Source: Lingula anatina (Eukaryota; Animalia; Brachiopoda). Taken from it: DNA of 64,000 bases. The stretch's first letter is position 1. Every line of letters starts with the position of its first letter. The notes beneath the pieces were generated by a model. The model was not told the DNA's origin. It did not search any database and saw only the letters and a list, made by a program, of their open reading frames with translations. The stretch covers positions 27,222,848 to 27,286,847 of the forward strand of contig CM120643.1 in NCBI GenBank assembly GCA_051362555.1, written 5' to 3'. Both the position numbers and the translations under genes were made by a program. Below, one piece after another: positions 13,574-27,200 of the stretch.

Positions 13574-16500
13574 TTAACTATTCAGAATATACATTGAAAC
13601 CCACGTGGTGAAGAATATGCTCGCAGTAAAAAACAACCAGAAAAAAAGTCGATCAAACACGCTGGCAATACATTGCCATTCTTCTCTGTATTTCTGGCTG
13701 TTCTCTGCACTTGTGGCGCAGATTGCCTCGTTACTGTCAGTGCTGAGATCCTTTACAGCAGATCCTGCCACTGAAGCTTTCCCCAGAGAGCTTTCTTGGG
13801 TTTCAGTGCAACCATCCTGCACTAGATATGTACTGCGCATGCAAAACACGGGCGCCAATACTTTCTTTCCAAACTGAAAGGGTAAAGTATATTCTGAGTA
13901 GGTATATGTAGCTTGGCTTTTAAGGTGCATATAATTACAGGCAAAACTGACTATAGTGACGAACCAGTAGGTTGATACAGTAGGTCACGTGACGTCCTAG
14001 CATATCTGAGTCACCCCCCCCCCTTTATTTTCTGAAATATTTCCTTAATAAAACAGTAGAAAAACGAAATAAGACAAAACACACTATTTTCTTCACATGT
14101 GCCCGCATATATTGTACGACATTAGCTCTGCTTCGCTATACGCAATTCACTTTTTCTATTCACTACTGTATTCCTTGCAACCCCCCTCCCTCAACAAAAT
14201 GTCTAAGATGATACAAGTGCATAGTCAAGTAGATAAGCATTGCAGGTATCTTTTTTAAACCAGCAGCTACAGCTCTATATGAAGGCAATATGACAACGTA
14301 CTAGTAGAACATGTTGACTGCGCATGCGTTGCCACCTCACCTTGCTGAGCCACCGTGGCACGGGGGTGCAGTTCTCCGCCATTCTTGTCGTGCCAATCAT
14401 GACCATCATCGTAACAGTCACGAGAATCAGATTTAAGATGAAGAAAGAAACTGAAAAGCACGAGATAGTCCACTTTCGATACATAAACATAGCACAATTA
14501 GCAGCAGAATGTAGGGCGAGTCAAATAGTGAAATTTCAAAGATTTTGCATGAGCTTACTATGTTTTATTCCTACTTCTACATTAACTGTAATCTCACGTT
14601 TATTTAGATTAGTTATTTTACACATGCAGTTACCTGATTAAACCAAATTGTCGGAATTGTGCCTAATAAATGACAGCAATACTTTGATAAATGTGGGTTT
14701 ACAACATTTTACCATGGGGACTGCTATACAGTTACTCATGTAGATAATGTTTACTATGTAAGCTCACCAACTAAAGGAATTCTTCCACCTCCCCCCGGCA
14801 GGATTCCGACCAAAACCAGTAGGCTCACACAGAGACACGTCCATATGGCCATTCCTAGAACCAAACAAGTAATTGTGTGAATCGCATGTCATACAAGTAC
14901 ATGCGAATAATGTGGAATGAACACGTTTTGTAGTACTATTCTAAGTTGAAAGTGTTAAATAATTTTTCTATGATCACTAAAATGAGGTAAAGACTGATTT
15001 GAGACATTAATAGCTATGTATTCATTGGTAGAAATATATAACACACACAGTCTACATACCCATAGACATTTTATCCGTGAAGCTAGGTGGGATCCAAAAC
15101 ATGGCCAGAGTAAGGAATGTAAGGAGAGCCGAAGGTAGCAAGATTGCAACAGAAAAGAAGGAAAAGTTTCGACGAATGTTTATGTTAAGTGCAAGGACAG
15201 TGGTTGTGGTTTCACTTTCGTTATCATAATAGTTAATGGTGGAGTGATTTAGACTAGTGACGTCCCATTCTGAAGAGGGAAGCAAGCTGTCTTTAGTGTT
15301 ATCTATTGGTGACTTTGGTTTCCAATACATGTACGCGTCTGGCAGTGTAGGAGAGAAGAAATAAAGTGTACATGACTGTGAATCGAATGGATAGGTGTAA
15401 ACATCTACTCCGCATGTAGTGGACACGCGGCGATACGGCATCCATAAGACGGCGCCCCTGGATGATAGTCTGCACGTGGCGGCTTCCCCAGACGAGGCAC
15501 TGTAGAGCAACGGGTTGTCGTCTGCGCTGCACAAGAAAAAAGTGCGGCATTAAACACTGAAATGGCACTCGCATATTAGAATTCTAAATACATGCTTATG
15601 AAATAGTCTCGTCACAATTAAAATATGTAAAACGAGCCTGAGGATCTTGCAAAGTACTTCTTTTTACAACGAAAAAACACTCTATATCTACTATTAACTT
15701 GTTATTCTCCACATTGCTTTCCTTATCCCCCACTGATTCCCAAATGTTGACATTTGTGTTTTTATTATGCCTTAAAATAACAGAATATTCAGCATTTTTT
15801 GAATACCTATATGAAATTGACAGTGCGAAGGTAATGGGTGCAGCACTTACCTGTTCCAGATAAGTATGTCCGGCTTCCAGACCATGTGTAAGGGTAAGGC
15901 TATCATTGTAATATTGCCGAACTCCGCCGGGTTCCACGTGAGTCTATAGTCCGTCCATTGCTGCAGGAGATTACATGCAGACTAGTTATAGTACTATTAA
16001 CACGTGTGTGTGCGTGCGCATTCGTGTGTGTGTGTTTGTAAACACATTTTGAAGTCAACATTTAATTTTTTTCAAGTGACACCTTTAATCACCTATTAGT
16101 ATTTTTATATTAGTGCACTGGTATTTTATTCTTAATTTCACAGATCAACAATGGTTGGCGATTTTACATTTTGCTATATCTTCATGTTTGAATTTGTGAT
16201 ACTGTTTCACTAGACGGATAGGTTATTATTATCAAGTTTCAAAATAACAATTTTAATTTAAAAAAACAGTTTGTGTTTGAACCCCTTGGGCAAGCATGGT
16301 TATTAATTATTGTTAGTAATTTCACAAAATGATACTTTCCAGACCTATATTCCACTTTGAGTGTACACTTTGCCCAGAGTAAACCGACTGTCAGATGAAA
16401 TTAAGCAAACAAGACTATCAAATCTTTCACTGTTAATTGAATCATAGTAATCGTCATGTATTTCAACACTACCGTCTTTAAGCCCTGTTTTATCTGCAGT

Positions 16501-17309
16501 CAAGTTAATTTAATGCTTTTTATATTGGTAATAAAATTACTTTAGCTAATCTTGATCTGAGCTCACCTTTACTTGATATAATTACTGTATGTTAGAGATC
16601 ACTCACCAGAAGAAAAAACATTCTAGATGCAAGGGTCTCATGAACTTCGTCCTTAATTGAAAATTAAAATAAGAAAAAGAAAAAAACTATATCCAATTAT
16701 TAGGATATGTTTATTAAATTCGTGTTCATATGTTCATTTTGATTGACTATTAATGTGTGCCAGGTGCTTTGACAAATATCCAAAATTAGATTAGATTAAT
16801 ACAAGATAAGTGTAAATTTTTTTTTCAAGATTAGTCTGTTATACATGCACCGATGTAAAACGGGGTCAGTAATTACCGTTTACTTTATTAGTACATGCAC
16901 ATACGCGTATGTAATTCTCGCACCACAACATGTGTTACGTGTCACATGAAACAGCGCGAGAAATTGTCTGCATGAACATTAAAACCAGGTAGATACGATA
17001 TTTGTGTTAAGATGTTCGAAGTAACAACAAACCTACACTCACCAAGTAAAATATTGAGCTGACTGTAATTTCAATGCTAATCGCTAGAGGTCCTCCATCC
17101 GCTGGAAGTGGCATAGAGAAGTGGTCTGTCTTGTTCATGACATATTTTACCAGGTCACTCATGTCTGGGTGACCCTGCGTAGCTGACAGAAATAACAAAT
17201 GTACTTATTGTTATGATAACGATTTTGTGGTCAAAATCGATCACTTATTCTAAACTATACTGGATTTCTATGCAAAGTGTAATATGCTCAGGCACACGAG
17301 AGCCTGCAT
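13574..17309 (-). CDS. Second divergent nAChR-like Cys-loop subunit, non-alpha (first exon uncertain)
   Basis: Exons 17182-17043, 16651-16607, 15960-15851, 15526-15060, 14854-14768, 14450-14341 and 13873-13574 have the same phases and near-identical sizes as gene 1. Motifs QWTDYRLTWNP, WKPDI, C-GVDVYTYPFDSQS-C, EEWQCIASVFDRLFFWLF. The putative signal exon from ATG 17309 contains a TAG. Confidence 0.88.
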
Positions 17310-17925
17310 TCGTTTTCGATTGCGGGACCAGTTTTTTGTTGTGATAAACTGACATGTGTCATCTGCGATTTGAACTCGTGACTTGCCGTTACCATGGTTT
17401 GCCGATGGGTTGGTATTTTTTGCCACCAAGCACGCTAGCGACTGCGCCGTGACTGACCCGCACAACCAACGAACGTACGAGTTTCCTCTTATAGTAATCA
17501 ACCGCGATTTTTAGAAATCATTTCAAGCAAGGGTTCGAACACTCATATAAGTGTTAAGGTGTTAAGTGTCCAAGGTGCAGGAGTTACCACGGAGCCAGAG
17601 AAGCTTCGTTAGAAGAGGTCGGATCAAATGGAAACTTTCTACTTTCTCACAGAGAGGTCAAGTTTGGCTGTACATGTATATATCTGCCATAACAATCAAT
17701 AGTTCTGAGTCGTACATAGATATACTTCATCCAGCGCATCGCCAGTCTGCGAACATGGAATTATCATCAACGTTGTTAAAGTTCATCACGTAGGGTACTG
17801 TATATCAGTTCTGGTCAGTAGTGGTCAAAAGACTACAGGCATTGTCCGTGTCACTTTACTACTGTGACGTCATTACATACATATAGTGATATTCTTTTTA
17901 GGCTAGTCTTAGTATGACCATATTA

Positions 17926-18230
17926 AAGAATATTTTTTGCAAAAAAAGGAATCCATATTTCGGCAACGCCAGCAACAGAAGATGTTGACACCCAGAAATA
18001 AGCATAAAATTCCTGCAGTTCAAAAATTATTCACAAAACAAAGTACATATTAAATGTCAATATCGCATGTTCTCAAATGGTGTTACTGTTGCACCGCACA
18101 TATAAAATAACAGTCAAAAGTTAAACTGTCATTTTAATACCTATACGCTTACAGAATATTTTTGCCAAAAAGGAATCCATATTTCGGCAACGCCAGCAGA
18201 GAACATGTTGACATCCGTAAATAAGCATAT
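17926..18230. repeat. Local direct duplication of a ~80-bp unit
   Basis: AGAATATTTTT..AAAAGGAATCCATATTTCGGCAACGCCAGCA..ATGTTGACA..AAATAAGCATA occurs at ~17926-18006 and ~18153-18228. Confidence 0.8.
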
Positions 18231-20692
18231 ATAAAATAACCGTCAAGATTTAAAGTTTCATTTAAATATCTGTAAAATTTGGAGAAAATTGTTAAAATAT
18301 AACAGTTACCTAAACTGAATGTTATGTGAGTATATGAATATTACCTGAGAGTAGATAAATCGCTGTGAGGATTCTTAGCAATCTCATTCTTGGGAACGTC
18401 TATCTCACCGTCGTTTAAAGTCTCAAGGGAAAATCAACATGCAAAGCTTCAAGCTTCTGCGCCGCGGTTATATTGTCAGTGGAGGTTTATTGTACGCAAC
18501 CCTATTCCTTTCCCTCGAAGCTAGATCAAACACTCGTGGCCTATCATTTTATGATGAGTCAAAAGACAATATCATTCAGACTTTGGATTGTTTTTAACGA
18601 AAGATATTAAGTGTATAATCATTTGGAAGGTTATATAATGCGTCACTTTGCGTAAATCGATCAACAAATTATTAACCAAATTAAAGTCGATACCTTCCAT
18701 TAGATATCTCACTATGGTAAATACCTAAGTGATTTACTTCACCGTCTGTCTTGTTCAGAAAAAGTTTACCTTTGGCGCGGTCGATGCTGTTGGTGCCGGA
18801 CGTGCATTTTAATGCCGTTTACACCGGACTTGCCACCGCTCAGAGAACGATTTTGGCCAATTATCGATCTCCATTAGCCGCCTGGACTTACACTGGGGTT
18901 ACCAGGTGGCATCCAAGAAACAGTCTCCAAAGCCATCTCTCTTGGTCTCCATCACGCTTTATCGAAAGGGCTATATTTGTATGGAACCGACCACAACTCT
19001 GTGACCATCGCCAGGGGGCGTCACTGTGGCGTTACAGCGTCTCACAAATCTCAAGACAGTCCCTCTCCACTGGGTGACATAGGTAAAACATGTCACTCAA
19101 GTTGCTCGCAATGAGCCAGTGTCTGGTTGCCCAGCGTTTGAGGAATGTTTTACCCCAGCGCCTTTCCGAGAACTCGAAGTTTGGTGTAAACGCGAATAGG
19201 CGAACAAAACAACCGAGACTTGTAAAATGTGATAATCATGGCTGAGGCGTGGTATATCACTTGTGACATCAATGTAAGCGAATGTTTGGGAAATGGTGAC
19301 CAAGAAGTTATATATGAGAGTTTCAGAGAAAATAATAAAATGCCGTTCTACAACAGCAGGGCTTCAAGTTTCTATAATGTCCTATGTTCCCTATTTTTGA
19401 GATTTTAGATGAAAACTGTACGTACCATGCACTGGCTTTCTAAGGTTGAAGTTTGCTTTTTGATTATTGCTTAATGGACTACTAGAAAACAAAGCCACGT
19501 GTTCACCAGGATGGTTTGAGGGTGTTGAGGGTGAGCCAATTAAGCCTTCTTTATTATTTATAAATTACATTTCTGTTTCTTTTGCTTAGTCACTGAAGCC
19601 GATACCTTGAAATTCTATCAAAACTTCTCACCAAAACCACATGCACGATAGTGTACGTTATCATGTTAATTCCGCACATCATCACAGTGTCTGGGGTCGC
19701 TTCTTGTGTCTGTCTATTGCCATTTCCTATGACATCAAATAACCCATTGAAAGATCAGAGAGAGAGAGGGGGGAGGGGCGTATGCAAATCAACTTCTTGC
19801 GATCGCCACTGTAATGACCTCTCTGCGTGTCTGGTATATGTTACATTTTTATCGGGCACGGCGGTTCAGGAAATTATTAACGTTTATATTTTAATTTTTT
19901 TTTTTTTTTGACAAATCCAAATTTCTCTCCTTATCTGTTACATCTGTGCAACATTATTTTATTTTGTTTTGAATATTATTGTCTTTTTGTTGTTGATGAT
20001 GGTAATATATTTTGAATAAAATGAGTCCAGGGTCCAGCTAAATATGCTGTTTTATTATTTCAATAAACAACTTCTTCACATATGTTTGTATTATAGAAAG
20101 ACCTAGTATACAGCAACAATGCAAAGATGAACCTTTTTTCGTAGTTGCGCTATATGATATTGCTATTAAGTGGTGGGCGTTGACTTAAAACCAGTATGCC
20201 CACATGATGCTTAATGTCACGAAGCTTAGCAACCTGAATAATAAATTGGTACATTAGGTGTATCATATTACGATACTTCATACTGAATACATCAAGTTCT
20301 AGAAAAGGTTCAAGAATGATTTACTTATAAGCACAATCCCTCTCTGTGCAAATTCTTGTATATAAATTATTAGCAACAGGTCTGTGTTGCCTGTGGTCTG
20401 TGGTCTGTGCCGTTTCCACCATTTCCTGACCTGCGTTGCCCTTTCTCCTAAATCAAGTCTGCGCCCTCTCACTTATTCTATTTCGGTTACTAGTACCTGT
20501 ATTCTTAAGTTAGTTTCTTTATTCAGTCATCTTTTAATTCATTTGTTCATTCACTGCATTTTATTTCATTTCATTAAGCATTAATTTAATTATCTTTTTT
20601 ATTTATTAAATAAGTGATTTCCTGCTTCCGTGAATGAAAGGATTGAGTTCATCTGTCTATATAGTGAACGACGACCACACTCTGTATACGAG

Positions 20693-21238
20693 ATGGCGGC
20701 GGAAATACCGGTAATAGACTTCTCTCGCTATTCTCTGGCTGTGGACGCAGACAAGGTCCCAGACAGCGTCTTACTAGAGCTGGGTCAGGAGGTTTACCAG
20801 GCTCTGGCCACTGCCCCCTTCCTCCTGCTGAAGAACTGCGGAATAGAAGAACGACTGGTGAGAGAATTTCGAATTAACGTAAAATAGTTAAACTTGACAA
20901 TTTTAATAAAGAATTCTGGATATGACGGAATTGACCCATTTCAATGAAGTCATATTTGCTCCGTAACCCTAGTCCCGTGACCATGCTGGAAGAACGACGG
21001 GGTAGTAGCGTTAATAGGTGATGCAAATAAATTAAAATAAAATTCATAGGTCTTCACATTGTCGCAATCGAGTACACCAAAGTGAAAAGGATATATATAC
21101 AAGTGAAAGCTTCAGCTGATCAACGGGATTGACGCATATGAACTCAAGACAGTCTAAAGACGTGAAATCCTGCCAAATGTGACTTTTCCCAACATCGTGT
21201 AGTTGTCAGAAGCTATTTCAGTTATCTTGTACTTCATT

Positions 21239-21281
<43 letters not shown>

Positions 21282-24200
21282 TTTTGTTCATTGGAACATA
21301 AAATAGTTATAGTTTGAGAGAGTTTAATGTGTAATCATAAGTTCAACCTTTCATGGAAACAACATTTTTTTCATAAAGGATTGATTTAAGGAGAAACAAA
21401 ATAAATTCATTTTACCTTTTACCTGATGAGTCTTAATTCAAAGCCGCTTCTCTCCACCGTTAATGGTTTTGGTCCTTTCTCCTTGGATTGTTATCACTGC
21501 AGGCAGTCTGTGAACGCTTGTAAAGTTAGTTATCTTCTCTCGATCAAATAACCTGCAGTAATTCATCGTTTTGCTCGGTTAAAAGAATCTTTGATTTGTA
21601 GACATGGTTTAGTCATGCGCAGCAGACGATTCCGGTCTCCCTCCAGCATGGCTGCCGTTTGTTTTGATGACGATCGCTGCAAAGCCTCCCTACCGCCAGA
21701 AAATTGATTTTCCCAATAATAACCTATCTCTACTTTGGTTGTGGTTGTAGGTAAGGGAATCCTTTACCTGCAGCAGACAGTTCTTTGAGCTTCCGGCGGA
21801 AGTGAAACAGAAATACCGGCGACCAGACGACCCCCATGACGACAATTACAATGGCTGGGTGGGGCAGGGTGTAGAGAGGTGAGTTTAAATATTCATGCAA
21901 TGTTATAGTATTTTATGAAATTTGGTAACAATTTTGTGTTATGACCATCAGCTATCGTCTATAACTTATACTCACCAGAGTAGGCTTTTGGGGTATTTGG
22001 GAGCTTCCCGTGGCAAACAAACAAACCCACTTTTATTTACTTCGTAAATGAATCTTCAACCCGAGAAGCAGCGGTGCTTTTTTTTTTTTTGAATGGCCAG
22101 CCCAACCACTTGAAATTAGCTTCCTACGTCCCAGACTCAATAGATCATAGCAATGGGTCTACATGTACCCTGAATTAACTAGAAGAAGAGAAAGACAGAA
22201 ACGCTGTAGCTCCTCATAGTTTTATTATTTTTCATTTTTCATTTTCAGCGTCAACCCAGAAGGGCCGGTCGATTTGAAGGAGTCATTCAGTTACGCTCTA
22301 TGGATGGAGCAGGTATGGATTGATACTATTTAATATTATTATTTTGTAGAAAGACACTAAAAAATAAAACCGCTTGCTGAAAACTACCAACGTTTAGATT
22401 TAAGAAACGCCAAGCATTTAAATAAAAAAATCCCGCTTTCCAAGAAATCAATGTCATTATCATTTTGGTGCGTTGTAGAATGGTAAATAAAATATGAATT
22501 ACAGCAAAAATTGTTCGGTAGATGTCTGTTTAACATGGAATATGTCTTGTGAGCTATTGAATATTAGTTGTTTCTTATTTTAGAAATGGCCACACGAGGT
22601 CGTCTCATTCAAGCCAACCTTGCTCAACTTGAACCGCCAAGCCATGTCACTTGGCAAACGTATCCTGCAGGGACTTGCCCTTGCTATGGGACTGGTGGGT
22701 ATAATCTCAGGCCCCTTACCTCCTGACCAAGCTTTCATCGGTCGTACTCTAAATTGTTTCCCCACTTCAGTCTAGCATTGCGGCAACCCTGTAAGCAATC
22801 CACTGAGGTATTTGATAAATACAAACACTTTCATGAAATCTGATCGCCTTGTGACGTCATTGCAAGTCAGTTGACAACGGACCAGCTCCGTGTTCTCAAC
22901 TTATGTTAGAAAATATTTTTTTAGGATTTTATGTTTTTTTTTCTTCCCCAACGTACCTGACATCGCAGGTGTCAGTGGTTTTTTATCATTTCAATCATTT
23001 AAATCTAACATAAACTTCGAAAAGTACATTGCGACAAAAACTCGGATGATCCTGTGTTAAATTCGGGATAGGCACTGTTGCTTTCACATCGACGACACCA
23101 CGCCTGCTAGATACGTTTGATATTTTGGCTGTTAATCAATAAATTCTCTACTCAGTGATAACTGTTCATGTTCTGGACAGAGTCTAGCTATTATATTTTG
23201 TTAACAGATATATTTTGTTTTTATTTATTTATTTTTTTTTTTATTTATTAATTCTTATGCTAATACTCGGGCAATTTGAATTTGGAGAGATGGCACATCT
23301 GTCGCTTTTTTGACCCTCCAAACAGTTTTGTTTGTGTGTATTCATGCATGTACTCGTATATGTGCAGCGTTTTATTTGTACTAAGATGCCAGTGGGTAAT
23401 GCGCAACTTTCTCTTCTTAACAAAAAAGGATCGACATTTCTTTGATGGACCACACAAAGGTGCAGGAACCCGGAATTCAATGACGGCAACGCGGTGTAAC
23501 TATTATCCGGAAATTACAGACGAAACAGGTAATTACAGTGTAACTTCATTACGCAATAACCTTATGTTTGTTCACATTTCTTTCAGTATGCTATGCAAAG
23601 TACAATAAGCACATTTGCCTGTGAATTCATTTAGAATATCAAAAGGAAATGTGGTCGATTGCGTCATTTTGTATCTCAGAAGAACAAGCTGCAATTATGC
23701 CTAAAAGCGGAAACATCCCTGGAGCCTTGGTTTGCAAAAAAAATTATTTCTATTAGGCTATATCGTTCTTTTGCAGTGATTTTGCCGAATCAGATGCGCA
23801 TTGGAGAGCATGCTGACTATGTGACCTTGACCCTCTTGTTTCAAGATGACCAAGGCGGGCTGGAGGTGAGTGACCTATCATCAGCCCATATCACCCTGGA
23901 GATTTTAATAATGAGAAAGAAGAATAACTATCATGCACAAAGCAAGTAAAAGTGCAATAAATAAAGAAAGAGAAAATTCAATTAAAGATTAGGAATATTT
24001 ATCTATACGCCGATAAGTGCCATTAATAACAACAGAAAGTGTTCCATCACTGGATCTATAAAATGTTTGTCGACTACTTTTTGTAGACAGATGTAATACG
24101 TATTACACAGTGGTAGAAGTCACTGGGTTTAGTTTCATTTTGCTCAATATTCTTTTTTTTTTAATTTTGAGAGGTAGAGGGGGGGAAGAAAGAGGAAAAC

Positions 24201-27200
24201 GAGACGGCAGTACCATTGATAAGTACAGGGTATATACCTGTACTGTATACATGTATATATATACTTCTGTAGTAATTGGTCAAAGGGTTGTCTCACCCCC
24301 CAAATGATCACCTCACGGGTGTAATTTTTTATTAACAGTGCTTTTTATTCCAGATTCCATATCTGGCATGACTTTTGTTTAAGAATATACAAAATAGAGA
24401 CGAAAATATCCTTATTTTATACCATTTATTCACATATAAACCATGCACCCTCTCAAATCCAGTGTTTTACTGTGAATTCAGGTAAAAATGTCCATAAAAT
24501 TGAAATGACAGCACCAAATGTGACCAAAGTTACACAAAATTAACAGTGGTATAAGCTTTTTAAAGGAGAATAGACCCATAAAAATCCATTTCTCGAATTT
24601 TGAATATTCAGCACTCAATCTACACACTAGAGGTATTTTTTAATCGACCCCCGCCATTAAAAATTTATAAAAACAATCTATTAGTAGAAAAAAGGCGTTT
24701 TAGTAAACCTCACCTCAATATGCATAAATGAAGCAACAGATCTGGGTCACGTGGTACTGTGACGACAATGAGGATAAAGGTCTATGAGACTTAACTGAGC
24801 TGCATGGTGCATACAGACAATAGTTTAAGAAAGTTGTGTTGAACGGAGTTGAGCAATTTTCTTTATGCCTCAGTGTGTTGCCGTGGGATTCACCAAAATT
24901 GCAGAACTCCTTGACAATCTTTGTCTGTGACGGTCTTCCGTGACTTACTAACTTCGGTGACAATAGTTGCGATGCTCGCGATCTCGGTCACCTCAGGTGT
25001 TTTACATCATATCAAAAGCTGATAGTCTTTTAGATTTTAATCAGTAAATTAGTAAGCTTGCCAACTGATGACAGTTAAAACTGTCATCAGTTGGCAAGCT
25101 TACTAATTGCTGATGCATTTTAAATGCATTGTAGTTGACCAAGAGCTCGTAAACAATAAAACCTGTTAATTATGCACTGCTACAATTCCCAAGCCAGGTA
25201 ATAACAGGCATCAAACTCGTCTTGGTGGGCTTTCATATTTTTCAATATATCTCATTTATTTCATGGGGTTATTTTATTGGTATTTGTAAATGACGTTTAA
25301 TATCAATATTTAAACAATTAAGATCAAACACGGTCGCGAACATTAATAAAAGAAATTGCTCTCAGGGTATCTTGAAGCATGCGTATGTCCAGGCATTATT
25401 TCCTTGGAAGAAAAAGTGTTGAGGAAAAACAGGAAAAAGAGCGTTATATTAAAGAAAAAATGGGAACTGCTGTAAGAAAATGGTTCGTAATCCTAATACG
25501 TTTATGCTTTGAGGATTTGTTTCTGAAGGTTATTTCTTCTGAAATATTAAATAATTTAAAAGGTTTATCATTTCATAACTTGAAACGCAAGTTCTGCGTC
25601 TGTACGCAAAACTTTTTGCAGATTTGTAAGCTTTGTCAAACCCACAAAACATGTAGCAGATCAAGGTAAAAGAGCATTGTTTGCTACTGGTAGCATGGAA
25701 AAAATCATAAATTTAATGTGTTTACTAAATGTGCAGTTTTACGTACGTTAGTATATTTTAAATTATGCATGGAGATTTAACCTGGTAAGGAATATAAGAA
25801 AGCCACAAACGGATTTTTTAAAAGAATGTTGGATGTAAAAAAAGAGCAGTACTGATAACTTGGTTCATTGTATATAACTTAAATATCCACAAAGAGTAAA
25901 GGGCTATTGCGCCAACATCTTGTTAAAATTTTTACACTGCAATTCTATTTAAATAAGCTATGGAACTAATTGCCAACTTTGGACTTTCATCACATTACAG
26001 GGGCGTAACCAGACCTGCAAAAGTTGTACGCACAGATTAAAAAAAATTACAAGCACGTACAGCAAAATGTAGACTAACGCAAAAAATGAAGGACAGCGTA
26101 ATCACAGCAAATGTACCTCATAAAGTAACTTAATTTCCATTAATAATAAAATCATCATTCAAGTCAAAAATATTATCGCGATTTAATAAATATTCTAATT
26201 TACCCAGAACGGTATATTTATTTAAAAGGAGGCTAACTGAAATATAGTTTTATTATTTGTTTGTGAAAATTGCTCATGTCACCCTGTTAGTTTGGAGGTC
26301 TAAGCTGGATCAAGTCCATGTTAAAATACCTATGAAGCTGTGCAGGAAAAATTCTTCCTTTGTTTCTCTAGCTCCTCGATAAACCTGGTGTTCAGATTTT
26401 ATCTAGTACCCCAGGTCTGCGGGAGCTGCTCTTTGAAACTAACGCACAGGTAGATTTTTACCTGAGATAAATATCGCCAGTGAGAGTTGGATTGGGGAGG
26501 AGAATTGAATGCCATTTAACCCTCTAATTAAGAGGTAAAGGAAGTTCCAGTTAGATGGATGATTAAGATAGGACTTGTAAAGGTAACGGGCATTGTTTAC
26601 CTCAGTTTAATAAATTAAAGTATGCAAGACGGAGTGTCAGCGGTTTAATGAAATTAATTGAATTTCACAAATAACATGGACCTCATATGCAATAATAAAC
26701 AGTACCCTTAACTCATTCAAATGCAGTGTTTTATACAACTTGGGATAATCATAATTTAATGCTTGTTAAAGAATTGACTAGACGGGAAATGGTTTTACAC
26801 AGCTTCACGAGGATTCAGACCCCTCGGGTAAGAGATTTGAATGAGTATAAACTTTTATCAGAAGCCAGAGAAGTCATCTTACAGGTAGACAATGCAGCTC
26901 AGTTTGACAGCTAAGCACGCTCTGTTCTCCGGTGGCACGATTGTCGTCATTGGACCACGTGATCACGTAGCTCATTAACTCCCAGGCCGAGCAAAAAGGA
27001 TGTTTTTTAAAGCCAAAAATGTACAAAATGAGCTTTTAATTTGTGTATTTGGATAAAGATATCGTTAGTTGGGCATGTCTTCTGAAGAATATGTTCCGTT
27101 GAAGCCATTCTGACGGTATGACGCAAATCCTTTAATGTGTCAACCGCACACTGCAATTATGAACGGTAGGCTGCACGACAAGCCTTTAACAAGGGTTACA

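Noticed and set aside
21745-21760. AG|GTAAGG recursive-splice-like sites at the start of several dioxygenase exons
   Set aside because: The GT is explained by Val codons at phase-0 exon starts; there is no independent evidence.
24560-27135. Nested Kolobok-like element TTAA|AGGA...TCCT|TTAA
   Set aside because: Only 4 bp of terminal match; not distinguishable from chance.
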